A DNA stretch of 64,000 bases from Gammaproteobacteria bacterium (GCA_965116795.1 OZ220716.1:874503-938502), one strand, 5' to 3'; counted from the first letter of the stretch, positions 1 to 11,171 are shown. Translations and numbers: made by a program. The notes: a model not told the origin generated them from the letters alone.

Positions 1-1
1 T

Positions 2-283
2 GCTAATCAAGAAGCTGTTTCAGCGGAAAGTGGCGAATTGCAACAAATGTTAGCACCAATGAGTGATTGTGTGTTGCAAAACGTACGTCGTTATTTGAAC
101 AATATGCGCGGCCAATCAATTACTAAAATGCGTAATATGGTATTGGCTGAAATTGAAGAACCCTTACTAACTGCGGTGATGGAAGAAGTACGCGATAACC
201 AGACGCGCGCAGCAAAGTTATTGGGCTTAAGCCGTGGTACATTACGTAAGAAATTAAAAATTTACGGTATTGAACGCCGTTAA
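2..283 (+). CDS. fis: Fis DNA-binding protein (5' end probably outside the window)
   Basis: C-terminal motif VLAEIEEPLL...NQTRAAKLLGLSRGTLRKKLK; frame is open back to position 2; upstream of purH. Confidence 0.9.
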   Translation, partial: ANQEAVSAESGELQQMLAPMSDCVLQNVRRYLNNMRGQSITKMRNMVLAEIEEPLLTAVMEEVRDNQTRAAKLLGLSRGTLRKKLKIYGIERR

Positions 284-306
284 AGAATACCTCCTTTGAT
301 GTTGAT

Positions 307-343
307 AAAGCGCGGATACCTTCTTCCGCGCTTTGTTTTTTTT
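307..343 (+). terminator. Intrinsic terminator after fis
   Basis: aaagcgcgga...tccgcgcttt stem followed by a T run. Confidence 0.75.
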
Positions 344-368
344 AGTGGTTATCTAGGCTCTTTAAGGA

Positions 369-1961
369 ATGAGTGTGAAGCCAACACCTATTCGCACCGC
401 ATTACTCAGTGTGTCTGATAAGACAGGTATTGTTGAATTTGCTCGCCAACTAATCTCGCAAAACATCACATTATTGTCTACCGGTGGCACAGCTGCCTTA
501 CTCAAACAACAGGGTATTGCCGTTACTCAAATCAGCGAGCATACTGGTTGTGCTGAAATGCTTGATGGGCGCGTCAAAACGCTACACCCCAAAATCCATG
601 GTGGTATTTTAGCGCGTCGTGGGCAAGATGATGCATGCTTACAACAACATGGGATTACCCCCATCGATTTAGTTGTTGTGAATCTATATCCATTTCAACA
701 GACAATTGCTGATCCGAGTTGTACGTTAGCTGATGCCATCGAGCAAATTGACATTGGCGGACCAACAATGTTGCGTGCAGCAGCAAAAAATCAAACCTAT
801 GTTAGTGTCGTGGTTGATCCAGATGATTATGCTGAAATAGGTGCAGCAATTGGTATGCATGGTGGTTTATCAGTGCAACAGCGTGCTAGCTTAGCTAGTA
901 AGGCATTTATACACACTGCTCAATATGATTGTGCGATTGCTAACTATCTTCAGCAACAATTAAGTGAAGATAATGCTATATATCCCACGTTGTATCAGCC
1001 AATGTATATTAAGCACAGTGATTTGCGTTACGGGGAAAACCCACATCAGACCGCTGCATTTTATTGTGAACCCGGTGAATTGACTGCAAACGTTGCTAGT
1101 GCCCAATTAATACAAGGCAAACCCTTATCGTTTAATAATATTGCCGATGCTGATAGTGCCTTTTGTTGTGTGAAACAGTTGCCAACAACGCTAGATCAAT
1201 ATGCCTGTGTGATTGTAAAACATGCTAATCCATGTGGGGTAGCAATTGCCCAGTCACTGGAAGCTGCCTATCAACGTGCCTTTATAACTGATAAAACATC
1301 TGCATTTGGTGGAATCATTGCGTTCAACCGTGCTTTAGATGGTGTGACAGCACATGCTATTTTAGCTAATCAATTTTGTGAAGTGATTATTGCGCCTGGA
1401 ATGACTGATGAAGCACGTCATTGTTTATCGCAAAAGCCAAATATACGCGTATTAATAACCTCAGCTATTGAGCCAGCGCGATGTGGTCAATCAAGCATAG
1501 ATTATAAAAAGGTAGAGGGTGGTTTATTAGTGCAAAGTGCAGACACGTTAGATGAATTACCCGATACGTTTACTGTAGTCACTCGACGTAAACCAACGGA
1601 TGCACAATGTCGCGATTTATTATTTAGTTGGCATGTAACTAAATATGTTAAATCAAACGCAATTGTGTATGCTCGGGATAATGCCACTGTTGGTATTGGT
1701 GCTGGTCAAATGAGTCGGGTGATCAGTGCGCACATTGCTGAGTACAAAGCACAGCAAGAGCAATTGTCAGTCAGTGGTGCCGCCATGGGTTCGGATGCCT
1801 TTTTCCCATTTCGTGATAGTATTGACGCTGCTGCTACTGCTGGGATCAATGCCATCATTCAACCGGGTGGTTCAATTCGCGATGAAGAAGTGATTGCAGC
1901 TGCTGATGAAGCGAATATTGCAATGGTATTTACTCATAGACGTCACTTTCGTCATGCCTAA
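369..1961 (+). CDS. purH: Bifunctional AICAR transformylase/IMP cyclohydrolase
   Basis: [41 protein letters not shown] motifs. Confidence 0.98.
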   Translation: MSVKPTPIRTALLSVSDKTGIVEFARQLISQNITLLSTGGTAALLKQQGIAVTQISEHTGCAEMLDGRVKTLHPKIHGGILARRGQDDACLQQHGITPIDLVVVNLYPFQQTIADPSCTLADAIEQIDIGGPTMLRAAAKNQTYVSVVVDPDDYAEIGAAIGMHGGLSVQQRASLASKAFIHTAQYDCAIANYLQQQLSEDNAIYPTLYQPMYIKHSDLRYGENPHQTAAFYCEPGELTANVASAQLIQGKPLSFNNIADADSAFCCVKQLPTTLDQYACVIVKHANPCGVAIAQSLEAAYQRAFITDKTSAFGGIIAFNRALDGVTAHAILANQFCEVIIAPGMTDEARHCLSQKPNIRVLITSAIEPARCGQSSIDYKKVEGGLLVQSADTLDELPDTFTVVTRRKPTDAQCRDLLFSWHVTKYVKSNAIVYARDNATVGIGAGQMSRVISAHIAEYKAQQEQLSVSGAAMGSDAFFPFRDSIDAAATAGINAIIQPGGSIRDEEVIAAADEANIAMVFTHRRHFRHA

Positions 1962-1980
1962 TGGGAGTTAAGGAGTAAAT

Positions 1981-3258
1981 GTGCGAGTCTTAATTATTGG
2001 TGGTGGTGGGCGTGAACATGCATTGGCTTGGAAAGTAGCGCAATCGACTCAGGTAACGGATGTGTTTGTTGCTCCAGGTAATGCAGGCACGGCAACAATG
2101 CCTAAGACACATAATATTGCAATTGATGTATTAGATACAGATGGTCTGATTACATTTGCTAACTCAAAACACATTGATTTAACTATTATAGGTCCCGAAG
2201 CACCGTTAGCTAATGGTGTTGTCGATGCATTTAAACAAGCTGAGCTAGCTTGTTTTGGCCCTACTCAAGTCGCTGCACAATTAGAAGCATCTAAGGCATT
2301 TAGTAAAGCATTTATGCAACGCTATTGTATTCCAACAGCAGCCTATGCAACGTTTAATGATGTCGCTGATGCAAAAAGCTATCTTGACAAGCAAACGTAT
2401 CCCATTGTGATCAAAGCAGATGGATTAGCAGCGGGTAAAGGGGTTGTTATTGCTACTGATCAGCAGCAAGCAATCGATGCCTGTGAAACATTGCTTGCTA
2501 GTAGTGGTAAACAGAATGTAAATAAACAGATTGTCATCGAAGATTATTTGTCCGGGGAAGAAGCGAGCTTTATGGTCATGGTTGATGGAACCGATTTTAT
2601 TCCACTGGCTACCTCTCAAGACCATAAGGCACGTGATGAAGGTGATAAGGGGCCCAATACCGGTGGAATGGGAGCATACTCACCAGCACCGGTGGTTAAT
2701 GCAACAGTTGAACAACACATCATCGACGATATCATCAAACCAACACTTGCTGGATTAAAAGCCAATGGCATCGAATACCAAGGTTTCTTATATGCCGGTT
2801 TAATGATTGATGCTAAGGGGCAAGCTAAGGTTCTAGAATACAATTGCCGTTTAGGGGATCCAGAAACGCAGCCGTTGATGATGCGATTACGTTCTGATTT
2901 GGTAAGCTTATGCCAAGCTTGTCTACAACATCAAATTACTAAGCAAACATGTGAATGGGATCCGCGTTCTGCTTTAGGTGTTGTGCTGGCTGCTGGTGGC
3001 TATCCAGCTAGCTATCAAAAGGGTGATCTTATTACTGGATTAGAGACAACGGCTGATACGTCTAATGTATATGTATTTCATGCAGGTACGCAACAACAAG
3101 GTGATAATATTGTCACAGCTGGTGGACGCGTGCTGTGTATTTGTGCTTTAGGGGATACTATTGCTGCTGCACAAGCAATAGCTTATCAACGTGTAGAGGC
3201 TATTCATTGGCAACAACAGTACTATCGTCGTGATATTGGATACCGTGCATTATCCTAA
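1981..3258 (+). CDS. purD: Phosphoribosylamine-glycine ligase
   Basis: GGGGREHAL, KADGLAAGKGV, GPNTGGMGAYSP, GDPETQ motifs. Confidence 0.98.
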   Translation: MRVLIIGGGGREHALAWKVAQSTQVTDVFVAPGNAGTATMPKTHNIAIDVLDTDGLITFANSKHIDLTIIGPEAPLANGVVDAFKQAELACFGPTQVAAQLEASKAFSKAFMQRYCIPTAAYATFNDVADAKSYLDKQTYPIVIKADGLAAGKGVVIATDQQQAIDACETLLASSGKQNVNKQIVIEDYLSGEEASFMVMVDGTDFIPLATSQDHKARDEGDKGPNTGGMGAYSPAPVVNATVEQHIIDDIIKPTLAGLKANGIEYQGFLYAGLMIDAKGQAKVLEYNCRLGDPETQPLMMRLRSDLVSLCQACLQHQITKQTCEWDPRSALGVVLAAGGYPASYQKGDLITGLETTADTSNVYVFHAGTQQQGDNIVTAGGRVLCICALGDTIAAAQAIAYQRVEAIHWQQQYYRRDIGYRALS

Positions 3259-3322
3259 AAATCAACTTGATCTTCTACACATTAATCCTTCTCGTCGTCA
3301 ATCCAACTGCGGATTTTAGGAT
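3252..3322. repeat. Half copy of palindromic element family A; contains the purD stop codon
   Basis: atcctaaaaat...ccttctcgtcgtcaatccaactgcggattttaggat matches the right arm of the 28205-28395 copy. Confidence 0.8.
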
Positions 3323-3335
3323 TATCATTAACTTC

Positions 3336-3364
3336 TTGACAGAAAATTGATTTTGAATTGTAAT
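3336..3364 (+). promoter_or_regulatory. Putative sigma70 promoter of the csrA-like gene
   Basis: TTGACA-17 bp-TGTAAT; SD GGGGAG just before the ATG at 3410. Confidence 0.55.
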
Positions 3365-3409
3365 GATTGTGCTTAGTGCAGAGAAAAAGGCTATATAGGG
3401 AGATTAAAC

Positions 3410-3613
3410 ATGCTTACATTAACCTGCAGTCGGGGAGGGGCTTTACGTTTTGGTGATGAAATCCAAATGTATATATTGGATGTGAACCGTGGCCAAATCA
3501 AACTGGGTTTTAAAGCACCACCGTCAACTCGTATTGAACGCAAGGAATTATATTTGCGTCGTCAACAAAAAAAGTCAGCCAAATCGCACAAACATTCTAA
3601 AACCGATTCTTAA
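3410..3613 (+). CDS. Divergent CsrA/RsmA-family RNA-binding protein
   Basis: MLTLT..GG.LRFGDEI...ILDVNRGQIKLGFKAP....IERKELY follows the CsrA pattern (MLILTRR.GE...IGD.I...V.G.QVRIGI.AP..V.VHREEIY). Confidence 0.8.
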   Translation: MLTLTCSRGGALRFGDEIQMYILDVNRGQIKLGFKAPPSTRIERKELYLRRQQKKSAKSHKHSKTDS

Positions 3614-3628
3614 TGTTTTAATTTTAAT

Positions 3629-3658
3629 AAAAAAAGCCTCCCATTTGGGAGGCTTTTA
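3629..3658. terminator. Bidirectional intrinsic terminator
   Basis: aaaaaaaagcctcccatttgggaggctttt; the longer T tract is on the minus strand. Confidence 0.8.
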
Positions 3659-3848
3659 GTGTAGCACTCACAACGTGAGGCTGACTTCTAGCACGTTCAA
3701 TTCTAATCAAACAAAAAATAAAAAGCAAATCATACGATGTTATGTTTGCTTTACATTATATTAGTGTTGCTGGTGTTTACCGATAGTGCTCGTTATAATC
3801 GCAGTCCAATTATGTATGTTAATTAAGATTGATATAGAGGAAATATAT

Positions 3849-4565
3849 ATGCGGCCTAGTCATCGTTCAGCTAATCAACTTCGTGATATCACTATTACTC
3901 GTGATTGTACTCAACGTGCTGAGGGTTCAGCGTTGATTATTATTGGCGAAACACAAGTGTTTTGTACCGCGTCTGTTATCGAAGATGTACCGCGTTTTTT
4001 AAAGGGGAAAAAGCAAGGTTGGTTGACTGCAGAATATGGTATGTTGCCACGTGCTACCCATACCCGTAGTGATCGTGAAGCTAGCCGTGGCAAACAAAGT
4101 GGACGTACCCAAGAAATTCAGCGGTTAATTGGGCGAGCATTGCGTCAAGCGGTTAATTTATCAGCACTTGATGGATATACCCTATATATTGATTGTGACG
4201 TCTTGCAGGCTGATGGGGGAACGCGTACTGCAGCGATTACCGGTGGTTGTGTTGCATTAGTTGATGCCATTCGTCACATGCAGCGTGAGAAAATGATCAC
4301 GACCGATCCACTTAATTATATGGTTGCAGCGGTGTCTGTTGGGATTTACCAAGGTGTACCAGTGCTTGATTTAGATTATCAAGAAGATTCAAATGCACAG
4401 ACAGATATGAATGTGGTGATGACGGACAAAGGTAGTTTTGTTGAAATTCAGGGTACTGCTGAAGATGCCCCATTTGACCAATCACAGTGTAATGCCATGC
4501 TAGCATTGGCGATGGAAGGGATCTCACAATTGTGTGAGAAGCAGCGTGCAGTCCTAGCAGAATAA
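3849..4565 (+). CDS. rph: Ribonuclease PH
   Basis: [40 protein letters not shown]; ATG 3849 with SD GAGG preferred over 3786. Confidence 0.97.
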   Translation: MRPSHRSANQLRDITITRDCTQRAEGSALIIIGETQVFCTASVIEDVPRFLKGKKQGWLTAEYGMLPRATHTRSDREASRGKQSGRTQEIQRLIGRALRQAVNLSALDGYTLYIDCDVLQADGGTRTAAITGGCVALVDAIRHMQREKMITTDPLNYMVAAVSVGIYQGVPVLDLDYQEDSNAQTDMNVVMTDKGSFVEIQGTAEDAPFDQSQCNAMLALAMEGISQLCEKQRAVLAE

Positions 4566-4595
4566 ATATATTGGCGCTCTTTCAATTGCTTGAGT

Positions 4596-6149
4596 CTATA
4601 CTTTGTTGAGTAACGCGGCAATATCAACTAAGCCACTGTGTTGTAGCCAACCAACCAAATTCATTAACATCAAAAATAGTACGAGCAATAACGCGGTAGC
4701 TTTCCAACCACGCCAGCTGTTTGGTGGTGTGTGAGCACGAGCAACACATACCACTGCAAAGCATAAATAGACTAATCGACTGCCTTGACTCAGTGCCATT
4801 GCATTCCACCCAAATGGTGTGGTTAATGTGAGAACCAGGTTGCCAACAAATAAATTGCCTAATACTGATATTAACCAAAACGCACGGCCTACTGTACCCC
4901 CACGTGTCCAAAACGCAATAAACTGGGTGCTAAGTGGCGTTGTTGAACTGGTTGGTATATGTGTTGGTTTTAGTAACGTAGTTAAGATAATTCCAATGAT
5001 AAATAATATTGGAATAATGCTGAGTATAAGCCACCAATGGCTAGTAACATCGGTATTCAACATATTGGCAGTAACTTGGAGCACGTTATCACTTAATGCA
5101 CTACCCAGATAAATTAAAATAAAGATAATACTAAATGCTGTACCTAAGCATAGCCGCTGACTATTGGCGTTAATGATTGCATAGGTGAGTACATATGATG
5201 CAGCAGCAAAGCTAGTAATACACAGTAAAATAATATCAAGCATGTGGTTTTGAATAAAAAATAATGAAAATATAAAACTGATTGCAGCAATAATATAACA
5301 ATACTGGATTAATTTACGATGATCAGTTATGAAATAGCCTAGTTTAGCTACTAATAACAAACCAGCAGTTAAACTAAATACCCCATAATTAAATATATCG
5401 GTGATTTCCACTTCTTTAAAGTGGCTAATGCTGGCCAAGAAGCCGGGACCAATCATCGATAAAAATAAATAAACGAATAGATAACCACAGGTGGCGATGA
5501 GACCGGTTAGCCAGATGTTGCGATTGGTTAATGTTGTCGCGATATCATCTATGTTAGGGCGAACACGAGAGGATTCTGATTTGGCACGTGGTACCAATAA
5601 AAATAAAATCAATAATACAATGCCAATTAAACTCAATGCATTAGCTGACTGTACCCAAGCATTTTGATATATAAATAAATGAATATCGATGCCAAAAAAC
5701 TTTGATAGTGTTGATATTGCCAATAGTAAGCCAACGACAACACCAAATATTCGTTTTGGTAATTGTTGGGCCAGTAATACGAGTATGCTAACCGTAGCTA
5801 GCAAGCCACCAATCCCCATCGTGAAACGAGTAGTTAGCAAGGTATATGTGTCAGTGGCATGACTAAATAAATAATTTGTGATAACAAAAATAATTAAGGC
5901 TAACAAAATACTCTTTTTAGCGCTGAGCAAATCAACAATAAAACCAAAAAACAACAATAAGAAAATAAATGGCATCTCAAACGCATTGACTATGTGATCA
6001 AACTCAGCTAACGATAAATTAAATTGAGTACTGACTTGTTGTGAAAATGCCAATGGCAGGGTTTGCAATAAATCAATGTAAATCGCAAAGCAGACGGTTA
6101 ATAGAATAAGTAAGTTTTGACGCCAGGTTATTTTTGGTATTACATCCAT
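4596..6149 (-). CDS. MFS transporter with an extra C-terminal membrane segment
   Basis: About 12 hydrophobic helices, motif-A-like GFIVDLLSAKK and RFTMGIG, plus about 110 extra hydrophobic residues. Confidence 0.75.
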   Translation of the reverse strand: MDVIPKITWRQNLLILLTVCFAIYIDLLQTLPLAFSQQVSTQFNLSLAEFDHIVNAFEMPFIFLLLFFGFIVDLLSAKKSILLALIIFVITNYLFSHATDTYTLLTTRFTMGIGGLLATVSILVLLAQQLPKRIFGVVVGLLLAISTLSKFFGIDIHLFIYQNAWVQSANALSLIGIVLLILFLLVPRAKSESSRVRPNIDDIATTLTNRNIWLTGLIATCGYLFVYLFLSMIGPGFLASISHFKEVEITDIFNYGVFSLTAGLLLVAKLGYFITDHRKLIQYCYIIAAISFIFSLFFIQNHMLDIILLCITSFAAASYVLTYAIINANSQRLCLGTAFSIIFILIYLGSALSDNVLQVTANMLNTDVTSHWWLILSIIPILFIIGIILTTLLKPTHIPTSSTTPLSTQFIAFWTRGGTVGRAFWLISVLGNLFVGNLVLTLTTPFGWNAMALSQGSRLVYLCFAVVCVARAHTPPNSWRGWKATALLLVLFLMLMNLVGWLQHSGLVDIAALLNKV

Positions 6150-6197
6150 GTATAATCCTCCATTATATAATAATGCTATTGTAGTGGCTGGATGCTA

Positions 6198-6983
6198 TTA
6201 GTCAATAATGGCTGTGGGTAACGCATAGTCAATAATTAATGGCGCATGATCGGAAAACCAGTCATCTTTATAAACGTGTGCTGCATCAACATAATCAGCT
6301 AATCCTGGCGTGGTCACTTGATAATCGATCCGCCAACCGACATTATTGGCACGCGCTTGTCCACGGTTAGACCACCAGGTGTATTGTTCTGCCTGCTGAT
6401 TAACAACACGAAATGCATCAACAAATTCTAATTCGTCAAATAACATATCCATCCAGGCACGTTCTTCGGGCAAAAAACCTGAATTTTTTTGATTGCCACG
6501 CCAATTTTTAATATCTATTTTTTTATGTGCAATGTTCCAGTCACCACAAATAATATATTCCCGTTGTGTACGTTTGCATTTCAGTAGATGGTTACGTAAT
6601 TTTTCTAAAACATCAAATTTAATTTGTTGACGTTGTTCGCCGCTACTTCCAGATGGTAGGTACAATGATATGACACTGAGTTTATCAAAGTCGATTTGTA
6701 AGTAGCGTGCTTCATTGTCCATAACAGGCCACTTAAGGGTATATGTGACATGTTTTGGTTTGGCCTTAGTATAAATAGCCACACCTGAATATCCTTTTTT
6801 TTCCGCATCAACATAATAATGTTGAAAGTCGCTTGGGTAAAAAATAGGATCAGTTAAATCATTACGCTGTGCTTTTGTTTCTTGTAAACAAACTATATCT
6901 GCTTGTTGTTGTTTAAGCCAATCGAAAAACCCTTTACGTGCTGCTGCACGAATACCGTTGACATTATAGGTAATAATACGCAA
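6198..6983 (-). CDS. xth: Exodeoxyribonuclease III / AP endonuclease
   Basis: NVNGIRA, LQETK, GYSGVA, GDWNIAH, GWRIDY, SDHAP catalytic motifs intact. Confidence 0.93.
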   Translation of the reverse strand: MRIITYNVNGIRAAARKGFFDWLKQQQADIVCLQETKAQRNDLTDPIFYPSDFQHYYVDAEKKGYSGVAIYTKAKPKHVTYTLKWPVMDNEARYLQIDFDKLSVISLYLPSGSSGEQRQQIKFDVLEKLRNHLLKCKRTQREYIICGDWNIAHKKIDIKNWRGNQKNSGFLPEERAWMDMLFDELEFVDAFRVVNQQAEQYTWWSNRGQARANNVGWRIDYQVTTPGLADYVDAAHVYKDDWFSDHAPLIIDYALPTAIID

Positions 6984-7038
6984 TACTTTATTTCCTGATT
7001 ATCAATTAATAATTTACCCAGAAAAGGTAACACAGACA

Positions 7039-7686
7039 ATGCAAACATATCAACGTCAATTTATCCAATTAGCACTTGAGCGAGGTGCATTGTCATTTGG
7101 TGAATTTACCTTAAAGTCAGGGCGCATTAGCCCTTATTTTTTTAATATGGGTACGTTTAGTTCTGGTAAAGCATTAACGCAGCTAGGTGAATTTTATGCA
7201 GCTGCTATTGCTGATAATCAAATTGATTATGATATGTTGTTTGGTCCAGCCTACAAAGGTATTTGTCTTGTTGCTAGCACAGCTATTGCCTGTTATCTCA
7301 AACAACAGCGTGATATTGCGTATGCATTCAATCGTAAAGAAGCTAAAGACCACGGTGAAGGTGGCAATATCGTCGGTACACCGTTAACGGGTAACATATT
7401 AATTGTTGATGATGTGATCACAGCGGGCACTGCGGTTGGTGAAGCGATGCAATATGTAAAGCATGCAAATGCAACCTGTTCAGGTATATTAGTTGCGTTA
7501 GATCGGCAAGAATGTGGCACTGATAGTACCCAATCGGCAGTGCAACATGTTGCTGATATGTACAATACCAACGTGTATAGTTTGATTACGTTAGACAATA
7601 TTGTTGAATACGTTAATAGTACTGCTGAACTTGCACAACATATCGATGCTATTGTGAAGTATCGAGAACATTATGGTGTTAACTGA
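7039..7686 (+). CDS. pyrE: Orotate phosphoribosyltransferase
   Basis: FTLKSGRISPYFFN, GPAYKGI, RKEAKDHGEGG, VDDVITAGT. Confidence 0.98.
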   Translation: MQTYQRQFIQLALERGALSFGEFTLKSGRISPYFFNMGTFSSGKALTQLGEFYAAAIADNQIDYDMLFGPAYKGICLVASTAIACYLKQQRDIAYAFNRKEAKDHGEGGNIVGTPLTGNILIVDDVITAGTAVGEAMQYVKHANATCSGILVALDRQECGTDSTQSAVQHVADMYNTNVYSLITLDNIVEYVNSTAELAQHIDAIVKYREHYGVN

Positions 7687-9117
7687 TTAGCATGTTACAA
7701 CTTGCATCTCATCTGGTAGTACAAGAGTTGGATCAACTTTTAATAGTTGTTCACGGAAGTCAGCAATGATCCGTGATAATGCTGTTTGATTATCCGCTTC
7801 AAACCGCAACGTTAAATAGGGTGTTGTATTTGACGGACGTATCAATCCCCAGCCATCAGCAAATTCAATGCGTAATCCATCAATTGTAATAATGCTTGCA
7901 TCGGTAAATGTTATTTTTTGCTGTAATTGCTGCATAAATGCAACTTTACGATTATCTGGCATAGGGAGTTTCAATTCAGGGGTATTGACACTGTCTGGAA
8001 TGGTTGCGAACAATTGATCGACAGTGTTTGTTTGTTGGCTAATGATTTCTAATAAGCGTGCTGCACAATATAAGCCATCATCAAATCCGTACCAGCGTTC
8101 TTTAAAGAAGATATGCCCACTCATTTCACCCGCTAATGCGCTATCGGTTTGGGCTAATTTGTTTTTAATCAATGAATGCCCGGTTTTCCACATCAGTGGT
8201 TTGCCGTGGTGTTGTTCAATAACAGTCGCTATGTGTTTAGAGCATTTTACATCGTAAATAATCGTAGAATTTGGATTACGTGATAACACGTCTTTAGCAA
8301 ATAACATTAATTGTCTGTCTGGCCAAATGATGTTGCCTTGATTGGTCACCACACCTAGACGATCGCCGTCACCATCAAATGCTAATCCAATATCTGCCCC
8401 AGTCTTTTTAACGGTATCGATTAAATCAGTTAACGTTTCTGGGATGCTTGGATCAGGGTGATGATTAGGGAATGTGCCGTCTACATCAGCATATAAAGTA
8501 GTTATTTGTCCACCTGATTTTTCTAGTAACCTTGTAAACAAACTGGGTGCAACTGCACCGGCGATCCCATTTCCACAATCGATAACTACGTGTAACTGAC
8601 GAGTAATATTAATGTCATCTGTAATTCGCTGTATATAGGTTTCAATAAATGATTGTTGTTGGCGTGTGCCAATTGTCTTAGTTGTATAAAACTGTTGAGT
8701 AATAATGCGTTGGTATAACTCTTGAATTTGTTCTTCGATTAACGTTTTGCCATTAACCACCATTTTTAGTCCGTTGTATTCAGGTGGATTATGACTGCCA
8801 GTAATCATCACGCCTGAGCGTATATTTCCAGTAGCACATGCATAGTACAGTACAGGTGTTGGTGCAGGTTCAATTTCAATGACGTTACAACCGACTTGTT
8901 GCAAACCAGTTGTAAATGCATCCATTAATGTTGCACCGGTCAAGCGTCCATCGCGTCCAACATAAAGTGAGTTTTCTCCACTATCACGAATGATGCTGCC
9001 TAGTGCCAAGCCGATTGCATATACCGTATTTTCAGTTAATTCAGTAGCAACGATGCCACGAATATCATAAGCACGAAAGATTGATTGGGTGATCTTATCT
9101 GGAATGGTATAGGTCAT
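7687..9117 (-). CDS. algC: Phosphomannomutase/phosphoglucomutase
   Basis: IFRAYDIRG, TGSHNP, FDGDGDR, GEMSGH, RPSNTTP; ATG 9117 preferred. Confidence 0.95.
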   Translation of the reverse strand: MTYTIPDKITQSIFRAYDIRGIVATELTENTVYAIGLALGSIIRDSGENSLYVGRDGRLTGATLMDAFTTGLQQVGCNVIEIEPAPTPVLYYACATGNIRSGVMITGSHNPPEYNGLKMVVNGKTLIEEQIQELYQRIITQQFYTTKTIGTRQQQSFIETYIQRITDDINITRQLHVVIDCGNGIAGAVAPSLFTRLLEKSGGQITTLYADVDGTFPNHHPDPSIPETLTDLIDTVKKTGADIGLAFDGDGDRLGVVTNQGNIIWPDRQLMLFAKDVLSRNPNSTIIYDVKCSKHIATVIEQHHGKPLMWKTGHSLIKNKLAQTDSALAGEMSGHIFFKERWYGFDDGLYCAARLLEIISQQTNTVDQLFATIPDSVNTPELKLPMPDNRKVAFMQQLQQKITFTDASIITIDGLRIEFADGWGLIRPSNTTPYLTLRFEADNQTALSRIIADFREQLLKVDPTLVLPDEMQVVTC

Positions 9118-9134
9118 GCTTAACTCCAAGTTTT

Positions 9135-9316
9135 AACCTAAAATCTGCAGTTGAATTGACGACGAGAAGGGCTTGTGTATTGTAATATCAGGCTTATTTT
9201 TAGGATTTTTGGCGCAAACGTACTCACCCGTACGGTGAGTACAAAAATTCTGAAAATAAGGTTGAGATTCAATGCAATAGTCCTTCGTAGTCCAGTTCAA
9301 CTGCGGATTTTAGGTT
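9135..9316. mobile_element. Palindromic MITE-like element family A (182 bp)
   Basis: 21-bp terminal inverted repeats aacctaaaatctgcagttgaa / ttcaactgcggattttaggtt (1 mismatch); central gtactcacc-cgtac-ggtgagtac hairpin; homologous to 28205-28395. Confidence 0.85.
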
Positions 9317-9332
9317 TAATGTAAGGTTTAGG

Positions 9333-9800
9333 TTATTGAATACCAGACGAACCAAAGCCACCGTCACCACGTTCACTTTGAACAAATTCATTAACAACAG
9401 TAAATTCGGTTTGTACAATCGGTAGAAATACTAATTGTGCAATGCGATCGCCAGGGTTAATTGTAAAATGATCATTGCCACGATTCCAACAGGATACCAT
9501 TAATGGGCCTTGATAATCTGAATCGATTAAACCAACTAAGTTACCCATTACGATCCCATGTTTATGACCGAGTCCCGATCGTGGCAAAATAACTGCAGCT
9601 AAGTTTGGATTTTGAATATAGATTGCCATACCGGTGGGTAATAAGGTGACATCACCGGGTGCCAATTGTTGCGATGCATCAAGGCAAGCACGTAAATCTA
9701 AGCCGGCTGAGCCGGTGGTTGCATACGTTGGCAATGGAAATGTATCACCTAAGCGATTGTCTAAAATCTTTAATTGAACAGGTTGTTTAGTCTGTGACAT
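9333..9800 (-). CDS. dut: dUTPase
   Basis: [38 protein letters not shown]. Confidence 0.98.
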   Translation of the reverse strand: MSQTKQPVQLKILDNRLGDTFPLPTYATTGSAGLDLRACLDASQQLAPGDVTLLPTGMAIYIQNPNLAAVILPRSGLGHKHGIVMGNLVGLIDSDYQGPLMVSCWNRGNDHFTINPGDRIAQLVFLPIVQTEFTVVNEFVQSERGDGGFGSSGIQ

Positions 9801-9802
9801 GG

Positions 9803-11056
9803 TTATTCCTCAGTAATTATATGTTCTACAGTGGCAGAGTAATGTTGATTAATCATATCAATTAACAATTTAGCTAGTTGAATTTTTGGCATACGTGGCA
9901 AACTTACTTCTTCATGTTTTGATAACACAGTCACTTGATTATCGTCACTGCTAAAACCACCCTGTGTGCCACCAACTTGATTAGCGATGATCAATGCAAC
10001 ACCTTTATCAATTAATTTTTGTTTGGCATATGTGATTACATCGTGTGTTTGTGCAGCAAACCCTACACAGAAAGGTGCATGATCACGTTTGGCAACCGTT
10101 GCTAAAATATCGGAGTTTCGCACTAGTGGTAAATGAATTTGTTCTGTTTGCCAGTGTTGTTTTTGTGAATGATATGTTTGTGTACGGTAATTAGCGACAG
10201 CTGCTGTTGCAATGAAGATGTCATGTTGATCACAATGGGCTAGTGCAGCACGATACATCTCTTGTGCACTGGTAACATCAATGCGTAACACATTAGGCGG
10301 TGTATCTAATTGAGTAGGCCCACTGATTAGTGTTACGTTAGCGCCAGCATTAGCTGCTGCGCTAGCCAGTGCATAACCCATTTTGCCAGAACTGTAATTT
10401 GTTAAGTAACGCACGGGATCGATGGCTTCACGCGTTGGGCCTGCTGTGATCAACACGCGTTTATCTCGTAATGGCTGCTGGTGCGTTACTGGTTGTTGAC
10501 GTGTTTGCCAATCTTCTAATAAGGTTGCTGCAATGGTAGTCGGTTCGCACATCCGTCCTTGACCAATATCACCACATGCTTGTTCACCTTGTTCGGGGCT
10601 TAGCCATAGTACGCCAAGTTGTTGTAATTGACTGATATGTTGTTGTATTGCTGGATGTTGCCACATGTATTGATTCATTGCCGGTGCTAATACTAATTGT
10701 GCACGCGTGGCTAAACAGACAGTTGTCAGTAAATCATCTGCAATGCCCTGACTTAATTTGCTGATGCAATTAGCGCTAGCCGGGGCAATACATAAGTAGT
10801 CAGCCCAACGAGCTAATTCGATGTGATCCATACCCGCTTCAGCAGCCGGATCGAACAATGTGTTACGTACGGGATGACCACAAACAGCTTGTAAGGTGAG
10901 TGGGGTAATAAATGCTTTTGCCCCTTCGGTCATGATAACCCGTACATCAACTCCGTGACGGCGTAATTGACGTACCAATTCAACGCTTTTGTAGGCGGCA
11001 ACACTACCGGTGATCGCAACGATGACACGGCAATGAGGAACAGGGGTAGATTGCAT
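9803..11056 (-). CDS. coaBC: Phosphopantothenoylcysteine decarboxylase/synthetase
   Basis: [50 protein letters not shown]. Confidence 0.97.
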   Translation of the reverse strand: MQSTPVPHCRVIVAITGSVAAYKSVELVRQLRRHGVDVRVIMTEGAKAFITPLTLQAVCGHPVRNTLFDPAAEAGMDHIELARWADYLCIAPASANCISKLSQGIADDLLTTVCLATRAQLVLAPAMNQYMWQHPAIQQHISQLQQLGVLWLSPEQGEQACGDIGQGRMCEPTTIAATLLEDWQTRQQPVTHQQPLRDKRVLITAGPTREAIDPVRYLTNYSSGKMGYALASAAANAGANVTLISGPTQLDTPPNVLRIDVTSAQEMYRAALAHCDQHDIFIATAAVANYRTQTYHSQKQHWQTEQIHLPLVRNSDILATVAKRDHAPFCVGFAAQTHDVITYAKQKLIDKGVALIIANQVGGTQGGFSSDDNQVTVLSKHEEVSLPRMPKIQLAKLLIDMINQHYSATVEHIITEE

Positions 11057-11171
11057 AATAATTGCTCAATTTTAACTGTAGGTGAGTGCTAGCCTAGCAC
11101 GTGATTTTTTTCCTGGAAAGTCATGATTGTGGTCAAAATAGTTTAAAAAAAGCCCTGGCCAAGCGGTGATC

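Noticed and set aside
6198-6983. Possible Crc catabolite-repression protein (same rph/pyrE position as Pseudomonas crc)
   Set aside because: Catalytic QETK and SDHAP residues are intact, so an active exonuclease III is the better call
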